Source: Fimicolochytrium jonesii
Lineage: Eukaryota
Reading direction: 5' to 3'
Assembly (NCBI RefSeq): GCF_025526975.1
Contig: NW_026515679.1
Span: 62,001-126,000 of the forward strand
DNA length: 64,000 bases
Part shown: positions 1 to 12,824 of the stretch, piece after piece
Numbering within the stretch: position 1 is the first letter of the stretch
How the letters are laid out: each line of letters opens with the position of its first letter
Notes under the pieces: generated by a model
Databases searched by the model: none
Seen by the model: only the letters and a program-made list of their open reading frames with translations
What the model was told of the DNA's origin: nothing
Position numbers and translations under genes: made by a program

Positions 1-3000
1 TGTTGGAGACTGATTGACGTCGGCTGTGAAAGATCAGGGTTCGCGTAGCAATCCTCCACCCGGACTTGCGCCGCCACCAGGCTTCGCTCAACCGGCGGCG
101 CAATCATCTGGCAAATCAGGATCTCAGAGAGCAGAAGGTAAGCAGCGTACATTAGCCTCGTCGAGCAGCGTGAGGACTCGGAGGACTATTTCGGCTTGGG
201 TCTGGAAATCGGTCATGCGGAATGATTCGGCTTGTCCTTGAGGATTGTGCTATCTTGGATTCACCAATGTCCGGTGTGTTCAGGTGTTCTGGGATCCGGG
301 ACCATGTACACGATTGTGCAATGCGAAGATGATGGGTTAGAGTTCCGAACGGTGTATCCGCTGAACATCCCAATCATCACTGCGACGCCACGGCAAGTTG
401 AATCTGAGGAAAAAACGCGTGCAAGTCCACCGGGAGGCGATAATGTGTTGCGTTGTTTGCCGACGAGCGATCTTCCGGATGAGATTGGCAAGGACACAGC
501 CGCTGCAAAAACCGGCCCGCTTAGCTCTACGGAAAAGTCATCGCGAGGTCATAGTACCCCAGCAGCTGCAAACACAACGACGTTAGGAAGCGAGTCAAAT
601 TCCAACCTCCAACTACCTCACATCACGAGGAATCCGGTCGAACTAGGACAGCCAACTCTGATACCTCCGGTCTCAACCACGCAGACCGACGGCGATGGGA
701 CAGCTTTGGCTGGAACGCTTGCCGGTTCAGGGCCGCTTTCCAGCAACTCCGGCCTCAGCAACCTATTGCCGGCTTCCAGCGGTCATACGTTATCGACCGG
801 TGGGGCGGATCGGACGACCCTTTCTGGTGTCTCAGTGATTGGAACTCTGAATCCTCAAACCCCAGGAGTCAGTCTCGCGAGTTTGGCTCCGGGAAATCCG
901 GCCGGCGAAACCCGGAAAACGCCTGGTCAATCAGTTTTCCCTCCGTTTCCTTCGAACGGCGGAACTCTTACCACGTTGCAGAGCGCCATACCTGCTTCGG
1001 GAAGCTTTTCCCCGTCATCTCTTCAAGGGGGCTTATCTTTAGCCAGTCTCAGCTCGACGAAGTCTCTAGGTGGGAGTGGGCCCGGTAGTCTGAGTGCACT
1101 CTACACTCCATCGAGCCTACCCATGATCGGAGGGATGTCAACACCAAGCGGACCAGCATCAATATCTTTGGCGAGTCTGGCGGGGCCGCCTTCTACATTA
1201 GGCAGTCAGGCTGGTGGTTTAAGCGCGCTCTATACCCCATCTAGCTTGTCAAAAGCAGGAGGCTTGACGACAAGAAGCGGGCCAGCACCAGGATCTGTAG
1301 CGAGTCTGGATGGGCCTTCTTCAATGTTGACAATGGGGCTGAGCTTTGTTCCTGGACAGCCCTTAGCTCCATCCGCCGGCACAGGCCTCGGACAACTAAG
1401 CAGCACAGCGGCATCAATGAGCGGGAAAGATGCGATCAAAAGCGCATTGGCCGCTTTGGGCGGAAGAACGGATACGAATTCACCGGCAGCTGTGACAACT
1501 GGTCTGGCCAACGTACACGACTCGAGGTCGTCGCTTTCCGCCAATTATCCCCGACTCTCTTCAGCTCATACCTCTATATCGATAAGCGGGATGTCACAAC
1601 CGGCTGGAGCACCTTCACGCGTTCCAACATCAGCTCCACGACCATCTTCTCGCGCGGCCTCATCCGCAAAGATCCTTCTGCCTTCACATTCACAGGGACC
1701 AGCTGAACAGCTCGATAACCAGACATTGAAGACCGTGTCTCTTGTAGCGACCCCTTCGGTCTTCGCCGATGTCCTCACGTGCTCGACGGCGGTGTCCAAA
1801 AATGAGGATGCAAACAACGCTAATTTTCCTGTCTCGTCAGGGGCTCCGTCATTGGCCGCTACTTCCACAAAAGCCAAGGGTGGGAGCGTCGTTCCGTTCT
1901 CGTTCGACACTCCAAGTCCTGATGACATAGTCGGAATGGCCAGAAACAAGAGCAGTCAAGGTGGGAGCGATGTTTGTTTCCGCTCTCTGCTGTTTTGAAT
2001 TACTGAGACCTCCGTTCTAGCAAAGCACAATGTCGCGAAACATAGCAAAGTGGCTGAAGTCAAACCGACGGCATCAAAAAAGAAAGCATCACAAGAAGAA
2101 CCGAAATACATGGATCAATTGCAAATGGATATGGATGGACTTGGCATCGCTGTCCAAGCAAGTATCCCGAGAGCCAGCACGATTGTCCAGGACAGCAAGA
2201 AATCAGCAACATCGTCCACGTCGTCATTGACAGTTCCGCCACCTATGGCAAAGACAGCGAGTACCGGAAGTATTGGCAAAGGCAGCCCGAAGATGAAGAG
2301 AGTCGATGTCTTGGAAGAGTACAAGAAAAGAAATGCCGAGAAAGAGACTCTGAATCTCGTGGTCGTAGGTCAGTGAGAGGACGATTCATCAAAATTTCAA
2401 GAAAGAGAACTCATCATGGGACTTAGGGCACGTCGACGCGGGGAAGAGCACGCTAATGGGTCACTTGCTGTATCTTCTCGGAGAGGTGTCCGAACGATCT
2501 ATGAAGAAATTTGAGCGTGATGCCGAAAAGCTCAAGAAAGGGAGTTTTGCATTCGCTTGGGTTCTTGATGAGACGGATGAGGAGAGGAATCGGTACGTCT
2601 TCTCCTACGGTCAAAACTAGAAAGCAGGGAGCCTTAGTGAGGTTGACTTATGTGGCACAGAGGAGTCACAATTGATGTGGCCATCACCAAGTTTCAAACC
2701 GCACACAAAAAGTTTACGCTTCTGGACGCACCGGGTCACCGTGACTTCGTGCCCAATATGATGAGCGGTGCCGCACAGGTAAGTCATGTCGTTTGCAACG
2801 ACTTCACAGTCAGCAAGTTTATCACAAACTATTCCCGAAACAGGCAGATGTCGCAATTTTGGTTGTAGATGCGACTCCTGGCGAGTTCGAGACGGGCTTC
2901 GATTCCGGGGGGCAAACCAGAGAGCACGCTGTCCTGATTCGCAGTCTGGGTGTAAGCCAGTTGATTGTCGCCGTGAATAAGATGGATGTGGTTAGTAGAC

Positions 3001-4357
3001 AACACCACCTCCTCTCGCCTTCCGTCTGGACACGCCTACACGAGTACTCTTTTGACGCAACGACAATCCTGTTTGGCATTAGGTCAACTGGGCGAAATCA
3101 CGATTTGATGAGATTTGCGCGAAGCTCTCCACGTTCTTGTCACAGTCAGTCGGATTCCGGAAACAAAATGTTACCTTCATCCCCACCAGTGGATTTACTG
3201 GACAGAATCTCGCAAAATGCACCAGCGAAGCCCTTTTGTCGTGGTATTCCGGAAACACGCTTGTAGAGCAGATTGGTACGGTGTCATCAACGCGCTGCGG
3301 GAAACATGCGGCTAGGTTTTCTTGTGCAGTGCAGCTGCTTGCGGGAAACTCGTTCTCAATGGTTTTACCTTCTTCCAGACGCCTTCGAACCACCAGTACG
3401 CCCGATAGATAAGCCTTTCCGATTATCTGTCACCGACTATTTCAAAGGAGGAATAGGCGCAGGAGGGGGCGGGGGAGCGGTTTCCGTGAGCGGACGCATC
3501 GAGGGCGGTAATGTTCAAGTTGGAGATTCCGTGACCGTCCTTCCTATCAATGAGGTCGGGGTGGTCCGAGGTATGAAGGCAGCCTCTTGTGTTTCTTCAG
3601 TTCTAGCTCTGATTCATAGTTATTTTCAAGCCATTGAAGTGGCCGAGGAGTCCGTTAAATGGGCCGTAGCTGGGGACAACGCTTTGATGAGCCTGACGGG
3701 AGTCGACATGACGCACATCAAGTATGGCTGAAAGCTCGACTGGTTGTTACTCTTCGTATTCACTAACGCCTGCATATCATCCAGCATCGGAAGCTTACTT
3801 TGCGATCCATCAGCTCCTGTGCCCATCACAAGCCATTTCCGTGCCCAGATTGTCACGTTCGACATTGACATCCCTCTCACAATTGGTGTTCCGGTAAGCT
3901 CCTTTGATCTTCCCAGCTTTGACGTTTCAGATTCTGCGACTTACGTCCACCAAACTTCGCAGGTCGTCTTACACCACCAATCGCTCACGGAGCAAGCCAC
4001 AATAACGCGGTTAGAATCCCTAATCAACAAAGCCACCAATGAAGTAACGAAGAAGAACCCACGAGCTCTTCCGCGCAACGTTGCTGCGATTGTGGAAATC
4101 AAAACGAGTCGGCCAGTTTGTCTGGAAAAGTTCTCTGCCTCGAAGGAGCTCGGACGATTTCTGTTGAGATCGGGCACAGTCACGGTGGCCGGCGGAATTG
4201 GTATGTCTGAGGATTGTGCCCCGCTGATATGTTTCTGAGGTTATCCGACATAGGCTGGAAGGAACTGAGTTCTTTATTTCTTGGACATACTGCAGTCGTC
4301 GACATTCTTTCTTACGAAAAGGGCGGACTTCCATCCGACGTGGCCCCAGGATCGTAA
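1..4357 (+). CDS. HBS1: HBS1-like translational GTPase (eRF3/eEF1A family) with Ski7-like exon; multi-exon, 5' end outside the window
   Basis: Spliced exons give [21 protein letters not shown] (G1), [31 protein letters not shown] (G3), VAVNKMD (G4), GGQTREHA and the C-terminal [18 protein letters not shown]. Stop TAA at 4355-4357 after the last intron. The long exon 284-1960 contains [13 protein letters not shown]. Confidence 0.93.
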
Positions 4358-5039
4358 AGAGTATGGAAGCATAGACGTCAAATTGAAGAACAGCTGCACA
4401 TCAGACGACGGCATGCGTCGAAGTCCTGTCCATGCCTGTGTGTACCAAGGGCGAGTACAGATAGTCTAGGGAATCCATAGGAGCGCCAGTCCTTCCATAG
4501 CAGCTGGTTGATGCCTTATATGGTCGTCTGCGACCGGCTGCTGACGTCCAGCGTTATTATCTAGATAGAGCCTTTCATCACACACACTGCAGAAATCCAT
4601 CTACTGTGCGCATCAGCTCAGAATACAGAATACCGCTCAATTCCTTGACGACCCACTCATAACAGTAAAGGCGGCCATGGGCTGACTTTGCGGGGTTTTT
4701 CTTCTCACGAAACCAACGCTGTGGTCCATATATATATATGGCCAAGGGCAGGCAGTGGTGCTGTGAGCCCAACAACTGGATGGACCATGAACCAAGTGAG
4801 CCTGTGAGCCGAAGCTTCATGTATTAAATCCCTTGGAGGCTGCAAGCCAAGTCCGCGACTGTCATCCTGTCAATGCGAAAGTCCGACGGTATGATCGATG
4901 CTTAATCGGAGGTATCAATACTCCATAATGAGTGCGAAAAGTGTCCAGAAGATTATTGGGTATGTCTAAGGTGGCAAACGTCTAAAAGGAAAGCGTTAGA
5001 GGCGTGTTGAAGCAAGGGGCTCCTCTTGGTGTGTCCGTC

Positions 5040-7728
5040 TTAAATTTGGGGAGGAGGCTCTAGAGATTTTAAATATGTATGTATAAACACCAGCACAGAT
5101 CGTCATGAGTAATAATGCAAGGAGTGGAATGCTTAAGAACTTACTGCATTGAGCGTTGCGTTTCCGACATTCTTCAAGGTTCAAAACATACTCGCTGCAG
5201 AGAAAAAAGTTCGAGTGACAACATTCGTTAGCCGAGAGCGAGAGTTTGATGGACAAAGATGCCGCCCATTATTCGACCATCGCTGTAAGTACCTGAGCAT
5301 GTGATCACGGAAAAACATCACGCCTGGCACGAAAGTGGCTGCCAAAGCAAATGCCTTGCCCGCGATCGTTGGCTGCTTAAATGCTTCTGGAATGCCTCGC
5401 ACAAACTCCTGCATGGCATTGAACAGCACGAATCCAAGGTGCCGCTCGCGCACATGGCGACCCCCAGTTCGATACTCTATCAAATGTGGCGTCCCGATAT
5501 GTTGGAAATCGATTAGGGTCAAACTAGCTGGCTTGCCGTTTCCCCTCTCATAACGTCCGGAGTGGCGATTGAAGTGGGTCGTGGCCTTTGTTTTACGGAA
5601 GAACGTTCCCAGCTCTGAGATTCCCGGTCCTCCGGGTAGTGTCGCAACGATGTCGTTGGCGTTGATTATGCTGGAGGCAATTGCTTTAGCATTCAGGGGT
5701 GGTGACGTGTCCAATCAGCCACTGCCTACCGGTGGAACTGATACTGAGGCTGGTCCCTCATCTTGAATCTTCCGTACCGATCTCTCAACACAGTTTGGAT
5801 AGCAGCTCGGTAGCTACGGATCATGGGCATCAGCATGGATGGAACAACAGCGTCTCGGGGAACCGCGCGAATCAACTCACTCCGTGTCGCCAGTTCTCGG
5901 TGTTCCGTAGGTGTAGGTTCCTCTCAGTATAAATGTCTCGTCCCATTCGATATTCTCGACCGGCGAGTTGGCTCCAACCTTACTCCTTCTCCACAATATC
6001 ATTGCAGTGAAAATGCTGGCCGTAGCAGCTCCGAGAGAGTGGCCGGTAATCCACAAATGTGGCTTCGGTGTTCCGTCAAACTTCTTAACGATCTGCCATA
6101 GATGAGGCAGCAAGCTTGTGCCCCAGAAATCATCGTCCTTCATGCTACCGCAAGAGTTGAGCCAAGTGGCTTCTAGCATCTTGTCCAGGTCAAATGTTGT
6201 CGGAGTCTTCCTTTTTCTTCGCACCATGTCCACGTTCGGGAAGCCGAAGCCAGAAAAGAACCCAGAGTGAACGAGTCCCTAAAGATTGAACAACACGATT
6301 GCAAAATATCCATCGGTTATTTGGGACTTGAAGAAGCAGAAGACATCGTAGGCAGTACCGGGAGAACTCCGTTTTTGGGTGACGTTTTTCGCAGCGAAAA
6401 ATCGGTCAACCATTCTGAGAGATCCAGTAGGCCGGTCCCTTTGAAGATCAGGACAACGAACTTGTGTTCCACGCTCCATATAGCCATTATACAGCAACCT
6501 GGAGATGGCCAACAATGTGCTTACTGGTCAATGCCGTAGCAGTACTGTGTGGGCACTCACCATCGCGTCCGAATCGTGTGAACTCGAAGTCCCGGCCCCA
6601 CCTGCGTAGAATCTCCTCAAGGACCTTGTTACTCTCGTAGACGAGGGCACACATTTGAGCGAAAAACTCAGCAAGGGTGAAACTAAACTGCAAGAGAGGG
6701 TATGAATGCCGTCTTCTTCACTTGAGGATACATACTAGAAAGGCAGTCCGACCTTTTCAGAAGTTTGTAACCTCTTGATCACTTTCCTCATGTGCGCTCT
6801 TCCGTCTGAGGTCAGCTTCAAAGCATAGTCGTCATGGAGGCGCGGCGTCGTGGAGGAAACCATTGAGAGCGCAAGCTTTTCTTTTGTGACTGATGACTGC
6901 CCGTCCAAGTGTTAACTTCTTGTAGACGATTTGGCTTTCGCATCACGAACCAGCGCATACCGGCAGAAACCCTCCTCCAAAGTTCAATGTAACCCATTGC
7001 ATCCCATCACATGCTTTTTGGAAGATCCACCAGCCTGGCCATATCGGGGGAAGCCACCACCCGCAGCATGCAATGGTGAAAAGGAAAAAGACTGCACAAT
7101 TCAGGATTCCCCACAGTAATGTGTCCAGAGCGGATATTGCGGTTATTTTCATCAGTCGGGCAAAGTTGCTGAAGTTCGTTTTGTCGGTGACGTTGTTCAT
7201 CGGTTTTGACATCACAAACTCGGCAGAAATCATTTCCACGAGCTCAAAAGCTTCTTGTAGGCGCTGGATTCTATCTTCGATTTTGTCGAACCACGCTCCT
7301 GCGTCCCCATCGAGAGAGCTTGCGATGATGCAGAGGTACGCCCGCTGTTCGTTATAGTAATGCGCATCAGACTCCTCCGAGCACGGTTCTGACTGCTCAA
7401 AAGCAACCATGTAGGCATCCGGTAAGTCATTCAAGAACGTCAAGATTTTTGCGACCCATTTGTAAAACTCTTCGGGTTTGGGGCATCCGAAGTATTTCGG
7501 GAGTCCGCGTCTTTCCGAGATCTCTTTGATTCGTTTGATGTGAGCTTTACTTATATTCAAGCCCTGAAGTGAAATTCGGGAGCTCATTCCCGACATAGGT
7601 TTCAGTGGCGAAGGTAGTTCAATGTCCTCGGATGATCTGATATCATCTTCGCCGGCTTCCTTCACTGCAATGCTGGTGTCGAAGTCGTCCTCCAAGTTGG
7701 CGGATTCCTCGCGTTTTTTATCGCTCAT
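5040..7728 (-). CDS. Class-3 lipase (alpha/beta hydrolase) with N-terminal Gag-like domain and hydrophobic segment; multi-exon
   Basis: In-frame splicing joins the exon starting at ATG 7728 through introns 6897-6960 and 6688-6752 to FAQMCALVYE, then VVLIFKGT..EWLTD, GLVHSGF, WITGHSLG (nucleophile), YTYGTPRTGD, INANDIVATLP (Asp) and DHMLSEY (His). The exact 3' end is inferred from the last predicted intron. Confidence 0.85.
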
Positions 7729-8092
7729 TGCAACAAACGGCGCCAGCGGGACGGAGGGATGGGAGACGAGTTTGGTTGATCGCGGGACAGCCTCCCAATT
7801 GCGAGGCCAGCTAATAGATGAAGCTTGAGATTGCAGAGCGCGATCTTCCACCGCGATCTTCCACCAGGATTGTGATGGCGGTGTTCGCGATGGATGTTCA
7901 AAACGCGTCGCAGTCGGCTTATGTCATGAGATGTACATACAGTATGTATGTACATATGTATATATAAACAGGTCACATGCGGTCACATGAAATCGTGTGG
8001 CGTCGGGAACTCATAGGACCTCATCAAAATCTTGAAGACTGGGGGAGATTGTGCTTATTGACCGTGTATTCGAATTCTTGAGCTCAATCCGG

Positions 8093-11000
8093 ATGACGGC
8101 CTATGTGAAGTTTACGCCCCTCTCGGGGGCCCGCAACGAAGATCCTCTGTGCTACCTGCTGGAAGTCGACGAAGCCAAGATTCTTCTGGACTGCGGATGG
8201 TCAGAGCGCTTCGATCCCGAAGACTTGGTCGAGCTGCGGAGGTGAGTCTTGGGATATAGTGGGCGGTGGGGCCTAGCTACCGGATGGAGGGTTTCGTTTA
8301 TGGCAGTTTGGGATCGACGGGAGAGACTGGAGATATGGGAGGTTTCCACGTCTTTCAGCACTGTAGACAGGAATGGCAGGGGGTGACCTGCACTATCACC
8401 GCGTGTACATCAAACTTTCATACATAATAAACTATCATGCATATCAACGGCTCCTTGTCACCTTCTGTGCCTTGTTTCGAATACCTTCTGAAGTCATTAT
8501 TGCTTCTTTTCTGCCTTCCGATGATACTTTCCTACACTTCTACTCAACAGGGTGGCTAAGCAAGTGGACGCTGTGTTATTCAGTCACGGCGACATCGAGC
8601 ATCTTGGGGCATACCCATATGCATTCGGTCACCTAGGGTTGAATTGCCCTGCATATGCCACATTTCCGGTGCATGATATGGGACAGATTACCATGTACGA
8701 TGCGTTTCAGTCTAGAGCATCCGCGGAGGAGTTCAGTACCTTCACATTAGACCATGTCGACGCAGCGTTCGATAAGATGGTCACCCTGCGGTACTCTCAA
8801 CCATTTTCTCTTTCCGGTAAGTTTCATTCCTGAAGAAATGAGATCTTTGATCAATGATTACTGATGTTCGCTTGGGACTTTGAAGGAAAATGCAACGGCA
8901 TCACTGTCACCGCATACTTGGCTGGGCACACGGTCGGCGGAACGATATGGAAGATCAAGAAGGACACCGACGATATCGTGTATGCCGTTGATTACAACCA
9001 TAAAAAGGACAGGTAAGGCATGGTAAACTTTCCGCGATCGCTGACCTTTCCTGAGATTCTTCACCTCGCAGACATCTGAATGGCACAGTCATGATGACAA
9101 CGGAAGCATTAGCTCGGCCGTCTATTTTGATCGCGGATGCCTACAATGCGAAGAACGAGCAACCACTTCGGAAAGTTCGCGATTCGTCGCTCATTGGTGT
9201 GTGTGGTTTGCCAAGATGTCCCGTAAAAGCTAAACTGACCATAGCGATCCAACAGACGAAATCACATCCGCCCTCAACAACGACGCTAATGTGCTTATAC
9301 CCGTCGATTCGTCTACCCGAGTGCTGGAGATCGCGTACCTATTGGAGCAGCATTGGGCTTTCCAGCGGCTGCAGACACCTTTACTGTTTCTAACGCACCA
9401 GAGTTACCGAACAATGTCGATGGCGAAAACCATGCTGGAATGGATGGGTGACGGTGTAGCAAATGCGTTTTCGCAAAGACGTGAGGCACCATTCGACTTC
9501 AAGTCAGTCCAATTCGCAAAAGTTCGCTTCATCATCTTGGTCGGCATTCTGACCCTGACTACTCTCTTACGCGCAGGTTTTTACGAACAGTGTATAGGAA
9601 GGCCGAACTCGATAAGCTAAGAGGGCCCAAGGTTGTCTTGGCCTCCCTTGGAGGAGTGGACACCGGATGGTCCCACGACATTCTACGGGAATGGGGCAGT
9701 TCCGAAAAAGCTTTGGTACTCTTGCCTGATCGAGGCTTACCAGGGTCAATGGCTCGAAAACTCTACACGGAATGGAGCCTGCACGCACCGCCAAAGACCG
9801 AAGAGAACACCAGGAGCGCAGTCAATCTGGAACTGACGATACCGATTATTGCAAAAGAGAAGATACCCCTGGAAGGGGAAGAGTTGACCGAGTTCCTATC
9901 AAGAGAGCAGCAACGGCGGGAGCATGAGGCCGAGAGTTTAGCGAAACAGCGCGACTTGATGGAGGACGATGAGAGCGATATCGATGACGACGAAGGGGAG
10001 GTTGCTGAGGTGGCAAACATCCTTGCGTCGGGGTATGATATCTATGTGAAGGATCAGACGAAGGCTGGCGGGTTCTTCAAGCAGAGTCAGTCGTATCGTA
10101 TGTTTCCGATTTCAGAACCACGGAAACGCGTGGATGACTATGGGGAGCAGATTGACCCTGCTGTGTATATGAGGGGCGAGTACCAATATGCTATGCAGCA
10201 GGCGGAGGAGACGGAGGCAGTGAGCTTTAGATTTTGCTTGGTTGCAGACCGAAAGGACAGACGACTAATCAGCCGCCGCGTCAACCCGTAGTCTCGGGTA
10301 CAGGAGCCCATGGAACTGGAAAAACTGCGACAAGAAGAAGATCCCATTCCGTTCAAGTTCATCGCGTTCGAGTCCGCTATAGATGTGCGATGCAGAGTAG
10401 TGTACATCGACTTTGAGGGCCGGTCGGACGGAAGGTCTATCAAGAACATTCTGCCGCAAGTCGCTCCCAGGAAGCTGGTATGGGCGGGCAGTGCTGCAAT
10501 GCCGACCTCCTTTTACGACTCGGCATACCAACGATATGACTTTTTTTTTCAGATTCTTGTCCGCGGGTCGGAAGAATCAACGCAGAATCTCGAATCGTAT
10601 TGTCTGGAAGCAGAGAACCTAACAAACGACGTCTACTCACCGCATGTTGGGGAGTGCATCAACGTTTCGGCTGCCACCAATATCTATCAAGTGAGGTTGA
10701 CGGATTCCCTCGTCAGCTCTTTGAAGATGACTGAGGTAACGTTCCGAATTGCACCTGCAAGCGAACTGTCGAGGTCGCCCCGTAACCTTGCTTTGTCTAC
10801 GCAGTTGGCGGATTACCAGCTGGCGTACGTCAGCGGCCTCGTACGCTTCCCAGAAACCGAAGTCGGCGTTGGAAGCTCAGGATCAGAGGCAATGGAAATC
10901 GACATCCCATCAAACGCTCGACCGGCGTCGCTGGGGATTCCGGTCCTTGACGTGATGCCAGCAGACATGCAACAACACCATCGGCCAGTCATCGTTGGGG

Positions 11001-11221
11001 ATGTGAAGCTCTCCGAGTTTCGTCGCTTACTTCAGAACGAAGGACTATCCACCGAGTTCGTTTCTGGTGTTCTGATGGTGCGCAGTGCGGGCAAGGAGAA
11101 AGATGCAGATCCGGTCATTGTCAGCAGAGCAATGGCTGGGCGGCTGGCGTTGGAAGGTAGCATAGGGGAGTTATATTACAGGGTCCGAGATCTCTTGTAC
11201 AAACAACATGCATTGTTATAG
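8093..11221 (+). CDS. CFT2: Cleavage and polyadenylation specificity factor subunit 2 (CPSF100/Cft2), multi-exon
   Basis: MTAYVKFTPLSGARNEDPLCYLLEVDEAKILLDCGW, DAVLFSHGDIEHLGAYP, AGHTVGGTIWKI, YAVDYNHKKDRHL, LIPVDSSTRVLE, DDYGEQI, YIDFEGRSDGRS and LEGSIGELYYRVRDLLY are all typical of CPSF2. Confidence 0.95.
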
Positions 11222-11243
11222 AGTTCACTATCTGTAAATTACT

Positions 11244-12230
11244 CTACGGTAAAACTTTAGTCAAAAACTCTGCAACATCCGAGACCTCTTCCGATGAGCT
11301 GGAGTGACCCATTCCCTTGTATGTCTTGAACGCTTCAACCTTCTTTCCTAGCTCTACGATCTTCTCGTAAGAGAGCTTGCCCCATTTGTATGGAACCGTC
11401 TCGTCCTGATCTCCATGACACATCAACATGGGTGTCTCATTATTTGTGTTTTTCTTCACCTAGACATGATTTCAACCTCAACATTACAGCCCGCATACTC
11501 TGATCTTGGTTCGCCGAGAACTCACCTTATCCAAATTTGCGTCCGTCAATGGAAGATAACCACTCAACGAGAGGAAGCCGCCGAGTTTGATGCCACTTGC
11601 CAAACTGTAGACGATGCTGAGAGCGCCACCCTGCGAAAAACCACCGACAACAATCCGCTCCGGGGCTATGCCAGCTTTGATCTCATCATCCACAATCTTC
11701 GATACTGCCCGCCGAGAAACGAGGTAAGGCCCGTGTCTACCTTGAACATTCCTGCCCGGCGATAGTGCAGGCGAGCCTTGTGTCATACTGCCGGGCGAGA
11801 AGGACATATGCGCCTACCTTGTGCGATCGAGCTCATGACCCCTTCTGCATCCTCTTTCCCTCCAGGCCCCAACTTGTGGATGTCATACCTGTATTGAGAT
11901 TGTTAGGAAGAGTGGTCCTTGAGCGCAAGTAGGTTGTAGATCACCAACGTACCATCCGGGCATGGCCATCCCAAAATTGACTGTGATAGGACGGCTTGGG
12001 GCATGCGGCAGCACCCACTTCACGTGGGGCAGTATCGGCGACAACATCTTTGCGACTGGGACCCACCCATGGCCTGAGTCCCTGGGAACATAAGTTAGGT
12101 CAGCGACGAATGTCAGAAGTCCGCGGACAGTCGAGCCTTTTCAACAACTGTACCCGAGCCCGTGAAGGAACACGATAGTCGCCGTATGTGTTTTCGGCGC
12201 ATTAACGACGGCTGTTTTGAGGGCACTCAT
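11244..12230 (-). CDS. Acyl-protein thioesterase 1 / lysophospholipase (Abhydrolase_2), multi-exon
   Basis: HTATIVFLHGLGDSGHGW, TVNFGMAMPGWYDI, RIVVGGFSQGGA (Ser), CHGDQD (Asp), YKGMGHSS (His). Confidence 0.92.
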
Positions 12231-12824
12231 TTTTGGTATGGGGTATTGGCAGGCGGCAGTCTGGGCGGCAGTAAAGTAAATGAAAGCTGCCACCAAACCC
12301 CAAGAGAACGAAGCAGTTTTTGCCATGGGAAATGTTCGTCATTCCCATTTTCCCACTTCTCCCTTCTCTACAGTACTGTACATATCAGGCCTTTCAAGTT
12401 CACACCGGCACATCCGCTTAATGGGGAGTTTGTTAGGACAAGAAGATTTGATATTCTCAATTTCAAGGGTGCGGATGTGGAATCACAGGCAAGTCCAGGT
12501 GGGATGTTAAGTCCAGAAACACATCACGAATGCACGAGTTTCCTTCCTCATTCTCACTCCAAGTCATGGAGGAGTACTTGCACCGCACTTGAAAGTTCTG
12601 CTCTATCGTTCAGCTTCCCCTTCACCTTGCTGAGATGACCATGGAGAATAGTGTACATACATATATATAGGCGCTCTAAGCCTTATCATGGGTCGTTCTT
12701 TCGAACCTTTCGAACGCTGAGCTGCTTGCTGCTTCCAATTGACGCGTCTGATTCTCCTCCTCGCCAACCTTACATACTGTACTTCCCTCCTGACTTCCCT
12801 CTCACCTCGACATCATTGCCCGAC

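Noticed and set aside
232..1998. 588-aa ORF as an independent Ser/Gly/Pro-rich gene
   Set aside because: It begins at TTG inside a predicted intron and is bounded by in-phase splice sites of HBS1.
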